Notes: generated by a model not told the origin, from the letters alone. Positions 9,795-19,651 are shown, counted from the stretch's first letter. The stretch: DNA of 64,000 bases from Nitrospirota bacterium (GCA_016208965.1 JACQXB010000004.1:12914-76913), one strand, 5' to 3'. Numbers and translations are program-made.

Positions 9795-10820
9795 ATGGAC
9801 ATTATAGTGCTTAAGCAGGGGGCTACGGATAAGGAAATTAACCATATAGTCAGAAAACTTGACGTTAAGGGTTTTAAGGCAAATATTTCAAGGGGAACTG
9901 AACGAACAGTCATAGGAGTAATCGGGGATACATCAAAGATTACTGAGGAAGAAAGCAGTGCCTTTGAGGCGATGCCATGTGTTGAGAGTGTCCTTCGTAT
10001 TATCCAACCATTCAAGTTCGCAAGTAGGAGTTTTAAATCAGAGGATACAACGATTAAGATTGGTAAGCATATAATCGGCGGCAGGAAGATACATGTTATT
10101 GCCGGGCCATGTGCTGTGGAAAACAAGAACATGCTTCTTAAGATAGCACAAGAGGTTAAAAAGGCAGGCGCAACATTTATAAGAGGTGGTGCATTTAAAC
10201 CGCGGACTTCTCCATATACATTTCAGGGACTTGGTGAGGAAGGGCTGGAATATCTCGCAGATGTAAAGAAAAAAACAGGTATGCCAATTGTTACAGAGAT
10301 TATGGACCCGAGGGATATAGATATAATCCTCAGGTACACAGATATTATTCAGGTAGGGGCAAGAAATATGCAGAACTTCAGACTTCTTCAGGAGGTTGGC
10401 TCTTATGATAAGCCTGTACTCCTGAAGAGGGGGCTTTCTGCAACTATAAAGGAATTTCTAATGGCTGCTGAGTATATCATGTCAAGAGGTAACAACAAGG
10501 TCATATTATGTGAAAGGGGAATAAGGACATTTGAAACAGAGACGAGAAACACCCTTGACTTAAGCGCTGTTCCTGTTTTAAAAGAACTTTCACACCTGCC
10601 TGTTGTTGTTGACCCAAGTCATGGCGTTGGCAAATGGCGTTTTGTCCCATCTATGGCAAGGGCTGCTATTGCTGCTGGCGCTGATGGATTAATAATTGAG
10701 GTTCATACAAATCCTGAAGAGGCCCTCTCAGACGGTGAACAGTCTCTAAAACCAGCGAAGTTCAAGGTGCTTATGAAAGAGTTAAGAGCAGTTGCAAAGG
10801 CAGTGGAGAGGGAAATTTAA
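9795..10820 (+). CDS. aroF: 3-deoxy-7-phosphoheptulonate (DAHP) synthase, type I-beta, with an N-terminal ferredoxin-like regulatory domain
   Basis: [29 protein letters not shown]; about 70-aa N-terminal extension as in the Thermotoga-type enzyme. Confidence 0.92.
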   Translation: MDIIVLKQGATDKEINHIVRKLDVKGFKANISRGTERTVIGVIGDTSKITEEESSAFEAMPCVESVLRIIQPFKFASRSFKSEDTTIKIGKHIIGGRKIHVIAGPCAVENKNMLLKIAQEVKKAGATFIRGGAFKPRTSPYTFQGLGEEGLEYLADVKKKTGMPIVTEIMDPRDIDIILRYTDIIQVGARNMQNFRLLQEVGSYDKPVLLKRGLSATIKEFLMAAEYIMSRGNNKVILCERGIRTFETETRNTLDLSAVPVLKELSHLPVVVDPSHGVGKWRFVPSMARAAIAAGADGLIIEVHTNPEEALSDGEQSLKPAKFKVLMKELRAVAKAVEREI

Positions 10821-10823
10821 CGA

Positions 10824-10848
10824 CAGTGAATAGTGAACAGTGAATAGT
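10824..10848. repeat. Heptamer tandem repeat YAGTGAA x3.5
   Basis: cagtgaa tagtgaa cagtgaa tagt, directly after the aroF stop. Confidence 0.85.
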
Positions 10849-11048
10849 CTAAAAACTAATATCCAAATTGAGCGATTCTTATACTTTGTCATTCCCCGAT
10901 TCAATCGGGGAATCCAGTCTTTTCGCCTTTCTGGATTCTCTGGTCAAGCCAGAGAATGACACTCGGTGGGTAGTTGCATTTTCTTCAAAATACTTTGATT
11001 AAATAAGATTTTTACTAAAAAATCGCTCAATTTAGCTAAAAACTAATA
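10849..11048. mobile_element. MITE-like insertion carrying a GTCATTC...GAATGAC cloverleaf unit (10888-10960)
   Basis: 13-bp direct repeats CTAAAAACTAATA at 10849-10861 and 11036-11048. 13-14 bp inverted repeats AAATTGAGCGATT at 10864-10877 and 11021-11034. Internal nested hairpins. Confidence 0.6.
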
Positions 11049-11049
11049 A

Positions 11050-11910
11050 ATGAATATGGATTTTAAACGGATTGCTATAATCGGAGTAGGACTTATCGGG
11101 GGTTCATTTGGCCTTGCACTTAAGAAATCTAGACTTTGTGAAAAAATAGTCGGGATTGGTAGAAATAAAGAGAATCTTATTAAGGCAAAAGAGAGAGGGA
11201 TTATTGATGAATATTTCACTGATGCTTCAAGGGGCGTAATAGATGCAGATTTAATATTGCTTTCAACACCAGTGGGGAAGTTTCAACGAATATTAGAAAG
11301 AATCAGGGGGAATATAAAAAAAGGTGCAATTGTTACTGATGTAGGGAGTGTTAAGTTAGAGGTGGTAAAGGGGCTTGAACCTTTAATCCCTGAAGGGGTG
11401 AGCTTTGTAGGCACTCATCCTATTGCAGGAAGGGAAAGCTCAGGCATAGCTGATGCCTCAGCCGAATTTTTTGCTGGCATAAGATGCATTGTTACACCAA
11501 CTTCAAATACTGATAAAAATGCCCTCGGGAAAATTATATCTCTATGGGAGGCAATCGGTTCTAAGATATCATTAATGACACCTGAGGAGCATGACAGAGT
11601 CTTTGCCATAGTAAGTCATATACCCCATGTAATAGCCTACACCCTTATAAATACCATTATGGATTTAGATGAGAATATTTTGCAGCACAGCGGCCCAAGC
11701 CTTAAGGACATGACAAGGATTGCGCTAAGCCCTACTGAACTATGGCGTGATATATGCTCCTACAATAGAGAGAACATAATCAAATCTCTTAACCATTTTA
11801 TCTCTCATATAACGGATATAAAAGCCCTAATTGAGAAATCAGACTGGGATGCCCTTGAAAAGGAATTCCAAAAGGCACAGGCAGGGAGAAAGAGTCTTGG
11901 ATGTCATTAA
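11050..11910 (+). CDS. tyrA: Prephenate dehydrogenase
   Basis: Rossmann IAIIGVGLIGGSFGLAL, GTHPIAG motif. Confidence 0.9.
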   Translation: MNMDFKRIAIIGVGLIGGSFGLALKKSRLCEKIVGIGRNKENLIKAKERGIIDEYFTDASRGVIDADLILLSTPVGKFQRILERIRGNIKKGAIVTDVGSVKLEVVKGLEPLIPEGVSFVGTHPIAGRESSGIADASAEFFAGIRCIVTPTSNTDKNALGKIISLWEAIGSKISLMTPEEHDRVFAIVSHIPHVIAYTLINTIMDLDENILQHSGPSLKDMTRIALSPTELWRDICSYNRENIIKSLNHFISHITDIKALIEKSDWDALEKEFQKAQAGRKSLGCH

Positions 11911-13240
11911 AGTCACACCAAAAGGTTCGCTCCGCGGTGAGATTGTCCCTCCACCAGATAAATCTATCTCCCATAGGGCAGTGATACTTGGCTCTCTTTC
12001 AGAGGGGGAAAGCACCATAAAAAACTTTCTCCGTGCTGAAGACCCCATTAGAACAATTAAGGCATTTCAACAAATGGGTATTGAGATAACAGAAGTCAAA
12101 AGTCAAAAGTCAAAAGTCAAAAGTCAGAACACAGATTTAATAATTAATGGCAAAGGACTAACAGGGTTAAGAACGCCTCAGGATATTATAGACTGTGGGA
12201 ATTCAGGGACAACTATGAGGCTTTTGTGTGGAGTGCTTGCAGGTCAACCATTCCGAGCTGCACTTACAGGAGATGCATCTTTAAGAATTAGACCCATGCA
12301 GAGGGTTATTACACCCCTTACAGAGATGGGAGCAAGAATTACATCAGAGGCAAAGAGCTATCCTCCCCTTACTATTCATGGCGGAAGTTTAAGACCTATA
12401 TATTACAAATCTCCTGTAGCAAGTGCGCAGGTAAAATCCGCAATCCTTCTTGCAGGGCTTTATTGTGATGGAGTTACAAAAATCAGAGAGCCTGATAAAT
12501 CCCGTGACCATACTGAAAGGATGCTTAGGGCTCAGGGCGCAGAGGTTGAAATAAAAGACCTTGAGGTTAGTATCAAAGGCACCCTGAACCAGGAGCGGTT
12601 CAGGGGCAGGGCACACCTTAAGCCCTTAGATATAACAATCCCCGGAGATTTTTCATCTGCAGCGTTTTTTATTGTTGCAGGCATTATTGTGCCAGGGTCA
12701 GAGATATCAATTAAAAATGTTGGTATAAACCCAACAAGAACAGGGCTTTTAGATATTCTAAAAACGATGGGTGCAGAGATAAAGATTGAAAATGAACATG
12801 AACAATCAGGAGAGCCTGCTGCAGATTTATATGTAAAATACTCGCAACTTAAAGGGATAGATATAGAAGGCGATTTAGCACTCAGGGCTATTGATGAGTT
12901 TCCTATTATTTGCGTTGCTGCATCAGTTGCCTCTGGCATAACAAAGATAACAGGCGCAGGGGAGTTAAGGGTTAAGGAGTCAGATAGAATTGCCTCAATG
13001 GCAAAGGAACTAAGAAAGATGGGTGTCACTGTTGAAGAACTAAAAGATGGCATTATTATTGAGGGAAAAGACAGATTAAATTCTGCAATTATCCAGAGTC
13101 ATGGCGACCACAGGGTTGCAATGTCTATGGCAGTAGCAGGACTTTTTGCTCAGGGCGAGACAATTATTGAGGATACAGAATGTGTGAATACATCATTTCC
13201 GGGGTTTATAGAGATGTTAAAGAAACTGCAGAGGGGTTAA
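11897..13240 (+). CDS. aroA: 3-phosphoshikimate 1-carboxyvinyltransferase (EPSP synthase)
   Basis: PPDKSISHRAVILGSL, GNSGTTMRLL, RVKESDR. The ORF opens at 11831, but homology starts near the TTG at 11897 (MDVIKVTPKG), overlapping the tyrA stop. Confidence 0.93.
   Translation: MDVIKVTPKGSLRGEIVPPPDKSISHRAVILGSLSEGESTIKNFLRAEDPIRTIKAFQQMGIEITEVKSQKSKVKSQNTDLIINGKGLTGLRTPQDIIDCGNSGTTMRLLCGVLAGQPFRAALTGDASLRIRPMQRVITPLTEMGARITSEAKSYPPLTIHGGSLRPIYYKSPVASAQVKSAILLAGLYCDGVTKIREPDKSRDHTERMLRAQGAEVEIKDLEVSIKGTLNQERFRGRAHLKPLDITIPGDFSSAAFFIVAGIIVPGSEISIKNVGINPTRTGLLDILKTMGAEIKIENEHEQSGEPAADLYVKYSQLKGIDIEGDLALRAIDEFPIICVAASVASGITKITGAGELRVKESDRIASMAKELRKMGVTVEELKDGIIIEGKDRLNSAIIQSHGDHRVAMSMAVAGLFAQGETIIEDTECVNTSFPGFIEMLKKLQRG
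12093..12127. repeat. Heptamer tandem repeat AAGTCAA x5 inside aroA
   Basis: Read directly; translated as KSQKSKVKSQ in the aroA frame. Confidence 0.9.
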
Positions 13241-13574
13241 AGAATCTATTCGCCTAACGTTACTGGTGCAAAAGAAGTCCCGATGTTTCGGGATTAGGCT
13301 TTAATCTTTTGCAATGTGTTAGCCGTCAATTGCAGGTAGCCTAAAAATAGAACTTCCCATTTTCTTTTTTCCTTTTTTGGAAAATGAATTTTGAAGGTTT
13401 TAATGAAAAATTTAAAGACGGTACATTACAAAAAGATACTTCTTCTTTCGAGGTTGAACAAGATTTTTGGCAATGGGAAGAAGCCGAAACACTGAAAAAA
13501 CATTACGAATCCCTTAAAAGAGAATGGACTTAACCCAGCATGTTGACAGGTATCTGTGGGAAAAGTAAGTATTT

Positions 13575-14816
13575 TTAAATCGCTCCTTTTCCTGTCAGGA
13601 CAATGCGGATTGTCCTAAGAAAGATCAGAATATCAAGCATGATACCTCTGTTCTTAATGTAATAAAAGTCATACTTTAATTTCTCTTTTGTATCATCCAC
13701 AGAATTGCCGTAGCGGTAATTAATCTGCGCCCACCCTGTTATCCCGGGCGTGACCATATGCCGTTCAGTGTAATAGGGAATCTTTTTCGCCAGCATCTCA
13801 ACATTACTTATTGTTTCGGGGCGAGGACCTATAAAGCTCATCTCGCCTTTTAAGATATTGAAAAATTGCGGAACCTCGTCAAGCCTTATCTTCCGCAAAA
13901 AACTGCCGACACGCGTAATTCTGCTGTCTTTCTCAGTTGTCCAGTACACGTTATTATTTTTGTTTGCACCAGCCACCATTGTCCGCAGTTTCCATACTCT
14001 AAATGGTTTACAGTCCCTTCCGATGCGCATCTGAGAATAAAAGACCGGGCCTTTTGAATCCAGCTTGATGATTAAAGCGATTATCGGCAAGAAAGGCAGT
14101 AATATGCAGATGCTCATCAGACTCAGGACTATGTCTGTAAATCTCTTTGAATACCAGAAATATTTCCTGTTCACTGTGCTCATCAGTTCAAGGATAAACC
14201 AGTTGGCATCAAGATACTCTACAGGGACTTTCCCCGCAATTTCCTCCACCACTTTTTTGAAATCCGTAACCTTGACCTTTTTCTGCATACAGCCAAGCAA
14301 CAATTTCATCAGCTCCTCATCAATCTTCTTGTAAGTGACAATTATCTGGTCAATATTTTCCTTTTCGGCAATTCTTGCAAGGTTTTCGTTTTTCCCCATA
14401 AAAACAAGACCAGAAGACGAGCCTGCGTCAGGGTCATCTGACAAATAACCAACGATACTGGAATGAAGATACTTCCTGCTATTGATAAGCAAAGCCATTT
14501 CTTCGCTGGCTTTCTTTTTTCCAACAATCAGTATCCTCCATGATATAAACGACTTGAAGAGCTTGTTATAAAAATAATGAAATGTGGCTATGAAATATAA
14601 CGCAAAAGGGAAGAAGGTAAGAAAGACAGCCCTTGGTATAGCAATCTTCCTGAAAAAAAAGAATATGAAGGTGCTGATAACAGCAACCAATAAAAGTCCC
14701 ATTCCCGCGCCAACCATCTGCCGCGAGAATCTATCAGGAATCTTATGCACGGAGTAAACATCGAGGATTATAAAGACAAGCACAACCAACGATATTAAAA
14801 CGAGGAAAGCCTTCAC
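13575..14816 (-). CDS. Priming polyprenyl-phosphate sugar phosphotransferase (WbaP/EpsB-type, Bac_transf domain)
   Basis: FRVWKLRTM, RLDEVPQFFNILKGEMSFIGPRPE, N-terminal TM and CoA-binding-like domain. Confidence 0.9.
   Translation of the reverse strand: MKAFLVLISLVVLVFIILDVYSVHKIPDRFSRQMVGAGMGLLLVAVISTFIFFFFRKIAIPRAVFLTFFPFALYFIATFHYFYNKLFKSFISWRILIVGKKKASEEMALLINSRKYLHSSIVGYLSDDPDAGSSSGLVFMGKNENLARIAEKENIDQIIVTYKKIDEELMKLLLGCMQKKVKVTDFKKVVEEIAGKVPVEYLDANWFILELMSTVNRKYFWYSKRFTDIVLSLMSICILLPFLPIIALIIKLDSKGPVFYSQMRIGRDCKPFRVWKLRTMVAGANKNNNVYWTTEKDSRITRVGSFLRKIRLDEVPQFFNILKGEMSFIGPRPETISNVEMLAKKIPYYTERHMVTPGITGWAQINYRYGNSVDDTKEKLKYDFYYIKNRGIMLDILIFLRTIRIVLTGKGAI
14653..14808. repeat. About 155-bp near-identical direct repeat, copy 1 (5' end of the priming transferase gene)
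   Basis: Matches 17266-17419 with one mismatch seen by eye. Confidence 0.9.
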
Positions 14817-14999
14817 TCATGATTCCATCAGTATTTTTTGATACATATTCGTAATAATGTCCCAGTCATAACGACTCATGACCAGATGCCTTGCCTTTGC
14901 TGACATATCTGCTCTATATGTTATATCCATATCCTCTACTGTAGTCAACAATGACGGAATGCCGCGCGTGCCCAGGATGGCTATTTTTTTATTCATCAT
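14817..14999 (-). pseudogene. Chimeric glycosyltransferase remnant: foreign GT N-terminus fused to a native GT1 C-terminus
   Basis: MMNKKIAILGTRGIP (DUF1972/GT4-type start, GC-rich codons) is joined directly to ARHLVMSRYDWDIITNMYQKIL (GT C-terminal end, AT-rich codons). Only 60 aa. Confidence 0.5.
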
Positions 15000-16129
15000 G
15001 CCGACAAACCCACAAGCCAGTTGGCTGCATCAGAAATTCTGATTCCGTTGCGAAATTCTTCCTGCCGCAGCCCATAGACTATCTGCACTGCCTCCGCATC
15101 AGGAAACTGCCCGACAAATCGCGACAAGCCGGGATGCGGCTTATTGTCACCCAGCTTGCATTCAATTAGGTGCGTCAGCCTGCCTTCCTCACCGAGGGCA
15201 AAATCAACTTCAACGCCATCCTTGGTACGAATGTAATGCAGGCCGGCAGATTTTCCCATGCTATCCTGAAGAAAATGCACATGTTTCAGCAGCATGCCCG
15301 CAACCGCATTCTCCAGGCGCACACCCTGGCCGCCTCTAACCATGCCCGTATCGAAAAAGTACACCTTCGGGGTTTGCAAAATAGCACGGGCAATATTGTG
15401 ATGCCACGGCTGAACCGTAAAAACAATAAACAACGCCTGCAAGATATCCAGATAGCGTTTCAATGTCGCGGGTGAAACCGCCAGATCCCTTGCTATGGAT
15501 GCCAATGATAGCGGGGTGCTGACACGCTCGCGCAACAACTCCACAAACAGGCGCATTGTGTTAATCTCATGCAGGCGTGAAAATTCAAGTACATCTTCAC
15601 GAATCAGGTCGTTGAAATACTGCATACGCCAGCGATCAGCCTGCACGGAATCATCAGCTAGGCACGGCTCGGGGAAGCCGCCTCTTTCCAACAAGTGATC
15701 CAACGCATCGGCTGGCTCCACATGCAGCTGTTCACACCACTCGCGCACCGAAAACGGATGCAAGCGAAAAGCAAAATAACGTCCCGCCAGCGAATCCCCA
15801 CCCTGCCGGAAAGTTTCCATACGGGCACTGCCTGTCACCAACAGAGCCTGCCCCGCAGACCGCCCATCAAACACCCCCTTCAGCCAGCCCTTCCAGCCGC
15901 GCATCTTGTGAATCTCATCCATGACCAGCAATTTTGCGCGCGGATTCCATGACTGCTGCTGCAAAACCGCCCGGTCAGCCAACACGTCCCAGTTCAGATA
16001 CTGGGCGCTGCTGAATGCCCCCATCAAATGACGACTGAGCGTGGTTTTGCCCACCTGACGCGGCCCGGTCAGCACCACCATTTTGGCGGACAAGTCGTTC
16101 AATATACGTTCATCAAGATAGCGTTTCAT
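14996..16129 (-). CDS. AAA+ ATPase with a DUF4143-type C-terminal domain
   Basis: Walker A LTGPRQVGKTTL, Walker B LLVMDEIH. Clearly higher GC than the flanks. Confidence 0.85.
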   Translation of the reverse strand: MKRYLDERILNDLSAKMVVLTGPRQVGKTTLSRHLMGAFSSAQYLNWDVLADRAVLQQQSWNPRAKLLVMDEIHKMRGWKGWLKGVFDGRSAGQALLVTGSARMETFRQGGDSLAGRYFAFRLHPFSVREWCEQLHVEPADALDHLLERGGFPEPCLADDSVQADRWRMQYFNDLIREDVLEFSRLHEINTMRLFVELLRERVSTPLSLASIARDLAVSPATLKRYLDILQALFIVFTVQPWHHNIARAILQTPKVYFFDTGMVRGGQGVRLENAVAGMLLKHVHFLQDSMGKSAGLHYIRTKDGVEVDFALGEEGRLTHLIECKLGDNKPHPGLSRFVGQFPDAEAVQIVYGLRQEEFRNGIRISDAANWLVGLSA

Positions 16130-16500
16130 TCGACTAAGTATACATCTTATTTAAGAAAGTCGCAACTTTATTGCATTGTGCTTTAACATAGTCGTCAAAT
16201 TATCATCTAAGCGCTTTATGTAAGACTTATAGGCGGGCATACGCAAAGGTTTCAAAGCCACCATATTGCGCAGGGATGCCGCGCGGAATATTTTATCATA
16301 TTCGCTCGCTAACCCCTCCACCTCAGGCGGACTGAGGCGCAGGGAATGCGCTCGCTATCCGTTTCAATTAAGTTGCCTGTGCCCTTTTTACTTTCAGGAA
16401 TATGGGAAGTGTCCCGTATTCTCCTCCCGTATTCTCCTTCCATGCAAGCACCTCTCTTACGTCATCTCTGTTAAATAGAACCGTCCCATTAAACCATTAA

Positions 16501-16839
16501 TTGATAAAAATCTGCAAACGGCCTTTAGGCTTCAAGCCCGCTGAGTCTCTGAGGTCTTATCTTGTCGGTCCCGAACAAAAACATCTCGTTACCTTCCTCA
16601 GACATCCTGGTGTGCAGCCCACAAACAATCATGCGGAACAGTCAATTCGTTTTCTGGTAATCTTTCGTAAAATCATGTTCGGAACTCGCTCGGAAAGTGG
16701 TCTTAAAACCCACAGCATCCTCCCCAGCCTGCTGCAAACAGCCCGAAGACAGAAAGTCCATCCAAGAGAATTTCTGCAAACTCTCCTTACTTCCGATACC
16801 GCTACTGCCCAAGCTAAACTGTATAATAATTCAAGCTGA
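16501..16839 (+). mobile_element. IS66-family transposase C-terminal fragment
   Basis: LRHPGVQPTNNHAEQSIRFLVIFRKIMFGTRSESG matches the remembered IS66 C-terminal TNNxAE...RK..G motif. No DDE core or terminal IR was seen. Confidence 0.6.
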
Positions 16840-16845
16840 GACGAT

Positions 16846-17400
16846 TTAATGCAAAAGAACTAAACTGTTACAATCAACAACCCTTATCTTTTCCTGCATA
16901 CATCCAAGCAACAGCCTCATCATGTCTTCGTCAATTTTCCTTGAAGCGACTATTATCCGGTCAATACTCTCTCTTTTAGCGACCCTCGCAAGGTTTTCAA
17001 TCTTCCCCATAAAAACGAAACCCGAAGACGAGCCTGGGGCAGCGTCGTCGGATAAATAACCGACAATGCGGGAATGAAGGAATTCCCTCCTGTTGATAAG
17101 CGATGCGATTTCTTCGCATATCTTCTTTTTCCCGACAAGCAGCAGCCTCCAGAACACGAACGACCTCAAAAACTTATTTAAAAAATAACGGAATACGAAC
17201 ATAAAAAAGAACGAAAATGCAAAGAAAGCAATAAAAACAAATTTTGGCACCGCAATCCTTTTGGAAAAAAAGAATATAAAGGTGCTGATAACAGCAACCA
17301 ATAAAAGTCCCATTCCCGCGCCAACCATCTGCCGCGAGAATCTATCAGGAATCTTATGCACGGAGTAAACATCGAGGATTATAAAGACAAGCACAACCAA
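16846..17400 (-). pseudogene. Truncated paralog of the priming sugar transferase (N-terminal domain only)
   Basis: The first 45 aa are identical to residues 10-55 of 13575..14816 and the rest diverges. The catalytic Bac_transf domain is missing. The frame ends at the junction with the GC-rich insert. Confidence 0.8.
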
Positions 17401-17419
17401 CGATATTAAAACGAGGAAA
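17266..17419. repeat. About 155-bp near-identical direct repeat, copy 2
   Basis: Matches 14653-14808. Confidence 0.9.
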
Positions 17420-17435
17420 ACTTGTTATAGCTTAT

Positions 17436-18587
17436 CTAAACAAAATTCCTATAATTCTTCACCCTGTTCCCCTTGAGAAAATTCAGTAGTCCTATAAAAA
17501 ATCCGGTGTTGGCAACGAGAAATGAAGAAATAAACCCGCTTAAAGGGACATCTATGCCTCTTAAAGAACCAAGGATACCCGCTAAGCCTATTATATATAC
17601 CATAGATTGCCCCCAAAACAATATCACATAAAATTCCCTTTCGCCTGTAGTATAAAGCCATAGATTGCTGCAAAACAAGGCAATAAGAAATACAGGACTG
17701 AGCCAGCGTAAAATTTTGTGTGACCAGATAGAAAAAGACATTTTCGGAAAAAGAAATGGGTTTAAAAGAGTTTTTCGTCTCATTATTCCAGTCAGATTTC
17801 GCAGGGTTATCCGCTGTCTGGCATTAACCTCGCCCTTTATGCTTGAAGGCATATAATCTGCCACAACAGCATCAAGGGAAATAACAGAGCGTTTTCCCCG
17901 TAATGCCATCTCAAGCGGCAGAATCATGTCATCGCCTGTATCAGAATCCAGAGGGACAAAATCAGATTTGCGAATGGCAAAACCCCATCCCGGAAGTGAA
18001 TGGAGCATTCCGAGATCAGATTCCGCCCGGCGAAGAAACTGTTCAATTTTCCAGTACAATCCATGGGCTTTATCAATATGTCCATCCTGTTTTCTTAATA
18101 ATGCATTGCCGCCGACGCACGCAATTTCAGTGTCAGCAAAATAGGGGATGAGATAGCGGAGAAAACTCCCGGCAAAGAGAGAATCTACATCTGTAAAAAC
18201 AATTATCTCGTTATTTGCATGTTCCACCCCAAAATTTTGAGCTGCACTCTTCCCCATGTTCTGCTTTAATTCATAAACAAAAACATTCCGAGCGCCAATG
18301 CTCTTTGCTCTCATAACTGTATCATCCGTGGAACCGTCTGACACAACAATTATTTCTATCATATTTGCCGGAAAGTCCAGTTCAATTATATTCTTCAGTT
18401 TATCAACTATTTTATCAGAAGCATTATAGGCAGGGATGACAACAGAGACCATATACGTTCCGTTTTCTAAAGGTTTATCCCTTTTAGTCCGGCTCAGTCC
18501 ATGCAAAAAAAACAGCAGAAGGGGATAATTCACCCATGAATGGAAAAGCATTGCCGCTGATAAGAAAAAAAATAATTCCACTAACAT
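17436..18587 (-). CDS. Family 2 glycosyltransferase with C-terminal TM helices
   Basis: VSVVIPAYNASDKI, VVSDGSTDDT, FTDVDS (DxD-like), C-terminal hydrophobic segments. Confidence 0.88.
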   Translation of the reverse strand: MLVELFFFLSAAMLFHSWVNYPLLLFFLHGLSRTKRDKPLENGTYMVSVVIPAYNASDKIVDKLKNIIELDFPANMIEIIVVSDGSTDDTVMRAKSIGARNVFVYELKQNMGKSAAQNFGVEHANNEIIVFTDVDSLFAGSFLRYLIPYFADTEIACVGGNALLRKQDGHIDKAHGLYWKIEQFLRRAESDLGMLHSLPGWGFAIRKSDFVPLDSDTGDDMILPLEMALRGKRSVISLDAVVADYMPSSIKGEVNARQRITLRNLTGIMRRKTLLNPFLFPKMSFSIWSHKILRWLSPVFLIALFCSNLWLYTTGEREFYVILFWGQSMVYIIGLAGILGSLRGIDVPLSGFISSFLVANTGFFIGLLNFLKGNRVKNYRNFV

Positions 18588-18733
18588 AGTTTTTTATTTT
18601 CTGTCATTAATTTTATCTTTTTTTCAAAACTACTCATCTTAAGCATCCTAAGAACAATACTGCAAATATCTGAATATCTTTTTCGCCTTCCCCAATTCTT
18701 CTAAAATGGCATATGAAATTTTAAGGGATTTTT

Positions 18734-19651
18734 TCAAGGAAACTTAAACTGCAAATCCATAAACTGCCTTATCAACCCTGAATCATCCTTTATTCCGGTA
18801 TTAGGGCTGAGTTTCCAGCCATAAAAACCGATACTCCGTGTAAGATTATTCTGTTTGAAAAAGAATTCATACTGCTGTCTGACAGCGTCAGAAGGGAGTT
18901 TAGGCCGATTCTGTCTGTTATGCACGCTGATTGTTATGAGAACAGGGTAAATACGGGTTCTGTGTCTCTTAAAGATTTCAATAAGATTCTTCTGGCGATG
19001 CCCCGGATAGTCGTTCACATATGCGTGAATATCCAGCATATCAAATGCTTTTTCAGAAAAAAAATTATAGTGCTCGTCAACGGTGCCATTCCACGAAATA
19101 AAAACCTGACCGGCAGGGTCAAGACTCTTTATATGCCGATATATTTCTTCCTGTAATGATACTGGGATTTTCTTGTTTGCACTGCTTGGTTCATCACAGA
19201 TATGCCAAGCAAAAATGGAAGGATGGTTTTTCCAGCGGTTTATGAATTCAGCAGCCTTCGTATAATTATACGACCATCCACTTGCTGTTCTGTTAAGAAT
19301 AGGAGCCTTATCTATGGACATGATTACGCCCATTCCGTTTTTTCCCATTCGATCAAGATAATTTTGAATCTCTTCTTCAGTCCACTTCAATATATTAAAA
19401 GACTGAACAAGATTTACGCCTTTTTCTTTCAAAAATTTTAGATCCTCATCACTAATGTCTTTCTGCACCTGCCACATAAGGACAAGCCTGTCGTTCAGAG
19501 AGGGCTTAGAAAAAGCTGAAGACGGCCCGAAAAATACGACTGCTGACAAAAACACAAGAATAAGCATGAGATTGAAATCAAATTTTGCATAGTTTATTTG
19601 ACTCCTGAAAGACATCTTTTGCATCAAGGTTTTCATATTCAAAAGTTTCAT
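18734..19651 (-). CDS. Secreted TIM-barrel glycoside hydrolase-like protein (GH5/GH42-like)
   Basis: Signal peptide. FAWHICDEPSS resembles the NEP acid/base motif. Sits within the EPS operon. Confidence 0.4.
   Translation of the reverse strand: MKLLNMKTLMQKMSFRSQINYAKFDFNLMLILVFLSAVVFFGPSSAFSKPSLNDRLVLMWQVQKDISDEDLKFLKEKGVNLVQSFNILKWTEEEIQNYLDRMGKNGMGVIMSIDKAPILNRTASGWSYNYTKAAEFINRWKNHPSIFAWHICDEPSSANKKIPVSLQEEIYRHIKSLDPAGQVFISWNGTVDEHYNFFSEKAFDMLDIHAYVNDYPGHRQKNLIEIFKRHRTRIYPVLITISVHNRQNRPKLPSDAVRQQYEFFFKQNNLTRSIGFYGWKLSPNTGIKDDSGLIRQFMDLQFKFP

Noticed and set aside
10888-10960. Cloverleaf-shaped 73-nt element as a tRNA or tRNA-like gene
   Set aside because: It has no T-loop (GTTCRANYC), no D-loop conserved bases and no 7-nt anticodon loop, and the arm lengths are wrong. 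It is multi-copy and has MITE features.
13383-13517. Small ORF MNFEGFNEKFKDGTLQKDTSSFEVEQDFWQWEEAETLKKPLRIP (44 aa) in the aroA-EPS spacer
   Set aside because: There is no recognisable family and no clear RBS. It may be real but cannot be supported from sequence alone.
16236-16500. GC-rich stretch between the AAA ATPase promoter region and the IS66 fragment, with a tandem GGAGAATACGGGA x2 at 16421-16450
   Set aside because: The only frames are short (for example PPEVEGLASEYDKIFRAASLRNMVALKPLRMPAYKSYIKRL) and matched nothing I recognise. It is probably a gene fragment from the donor, so it was left unannotated.
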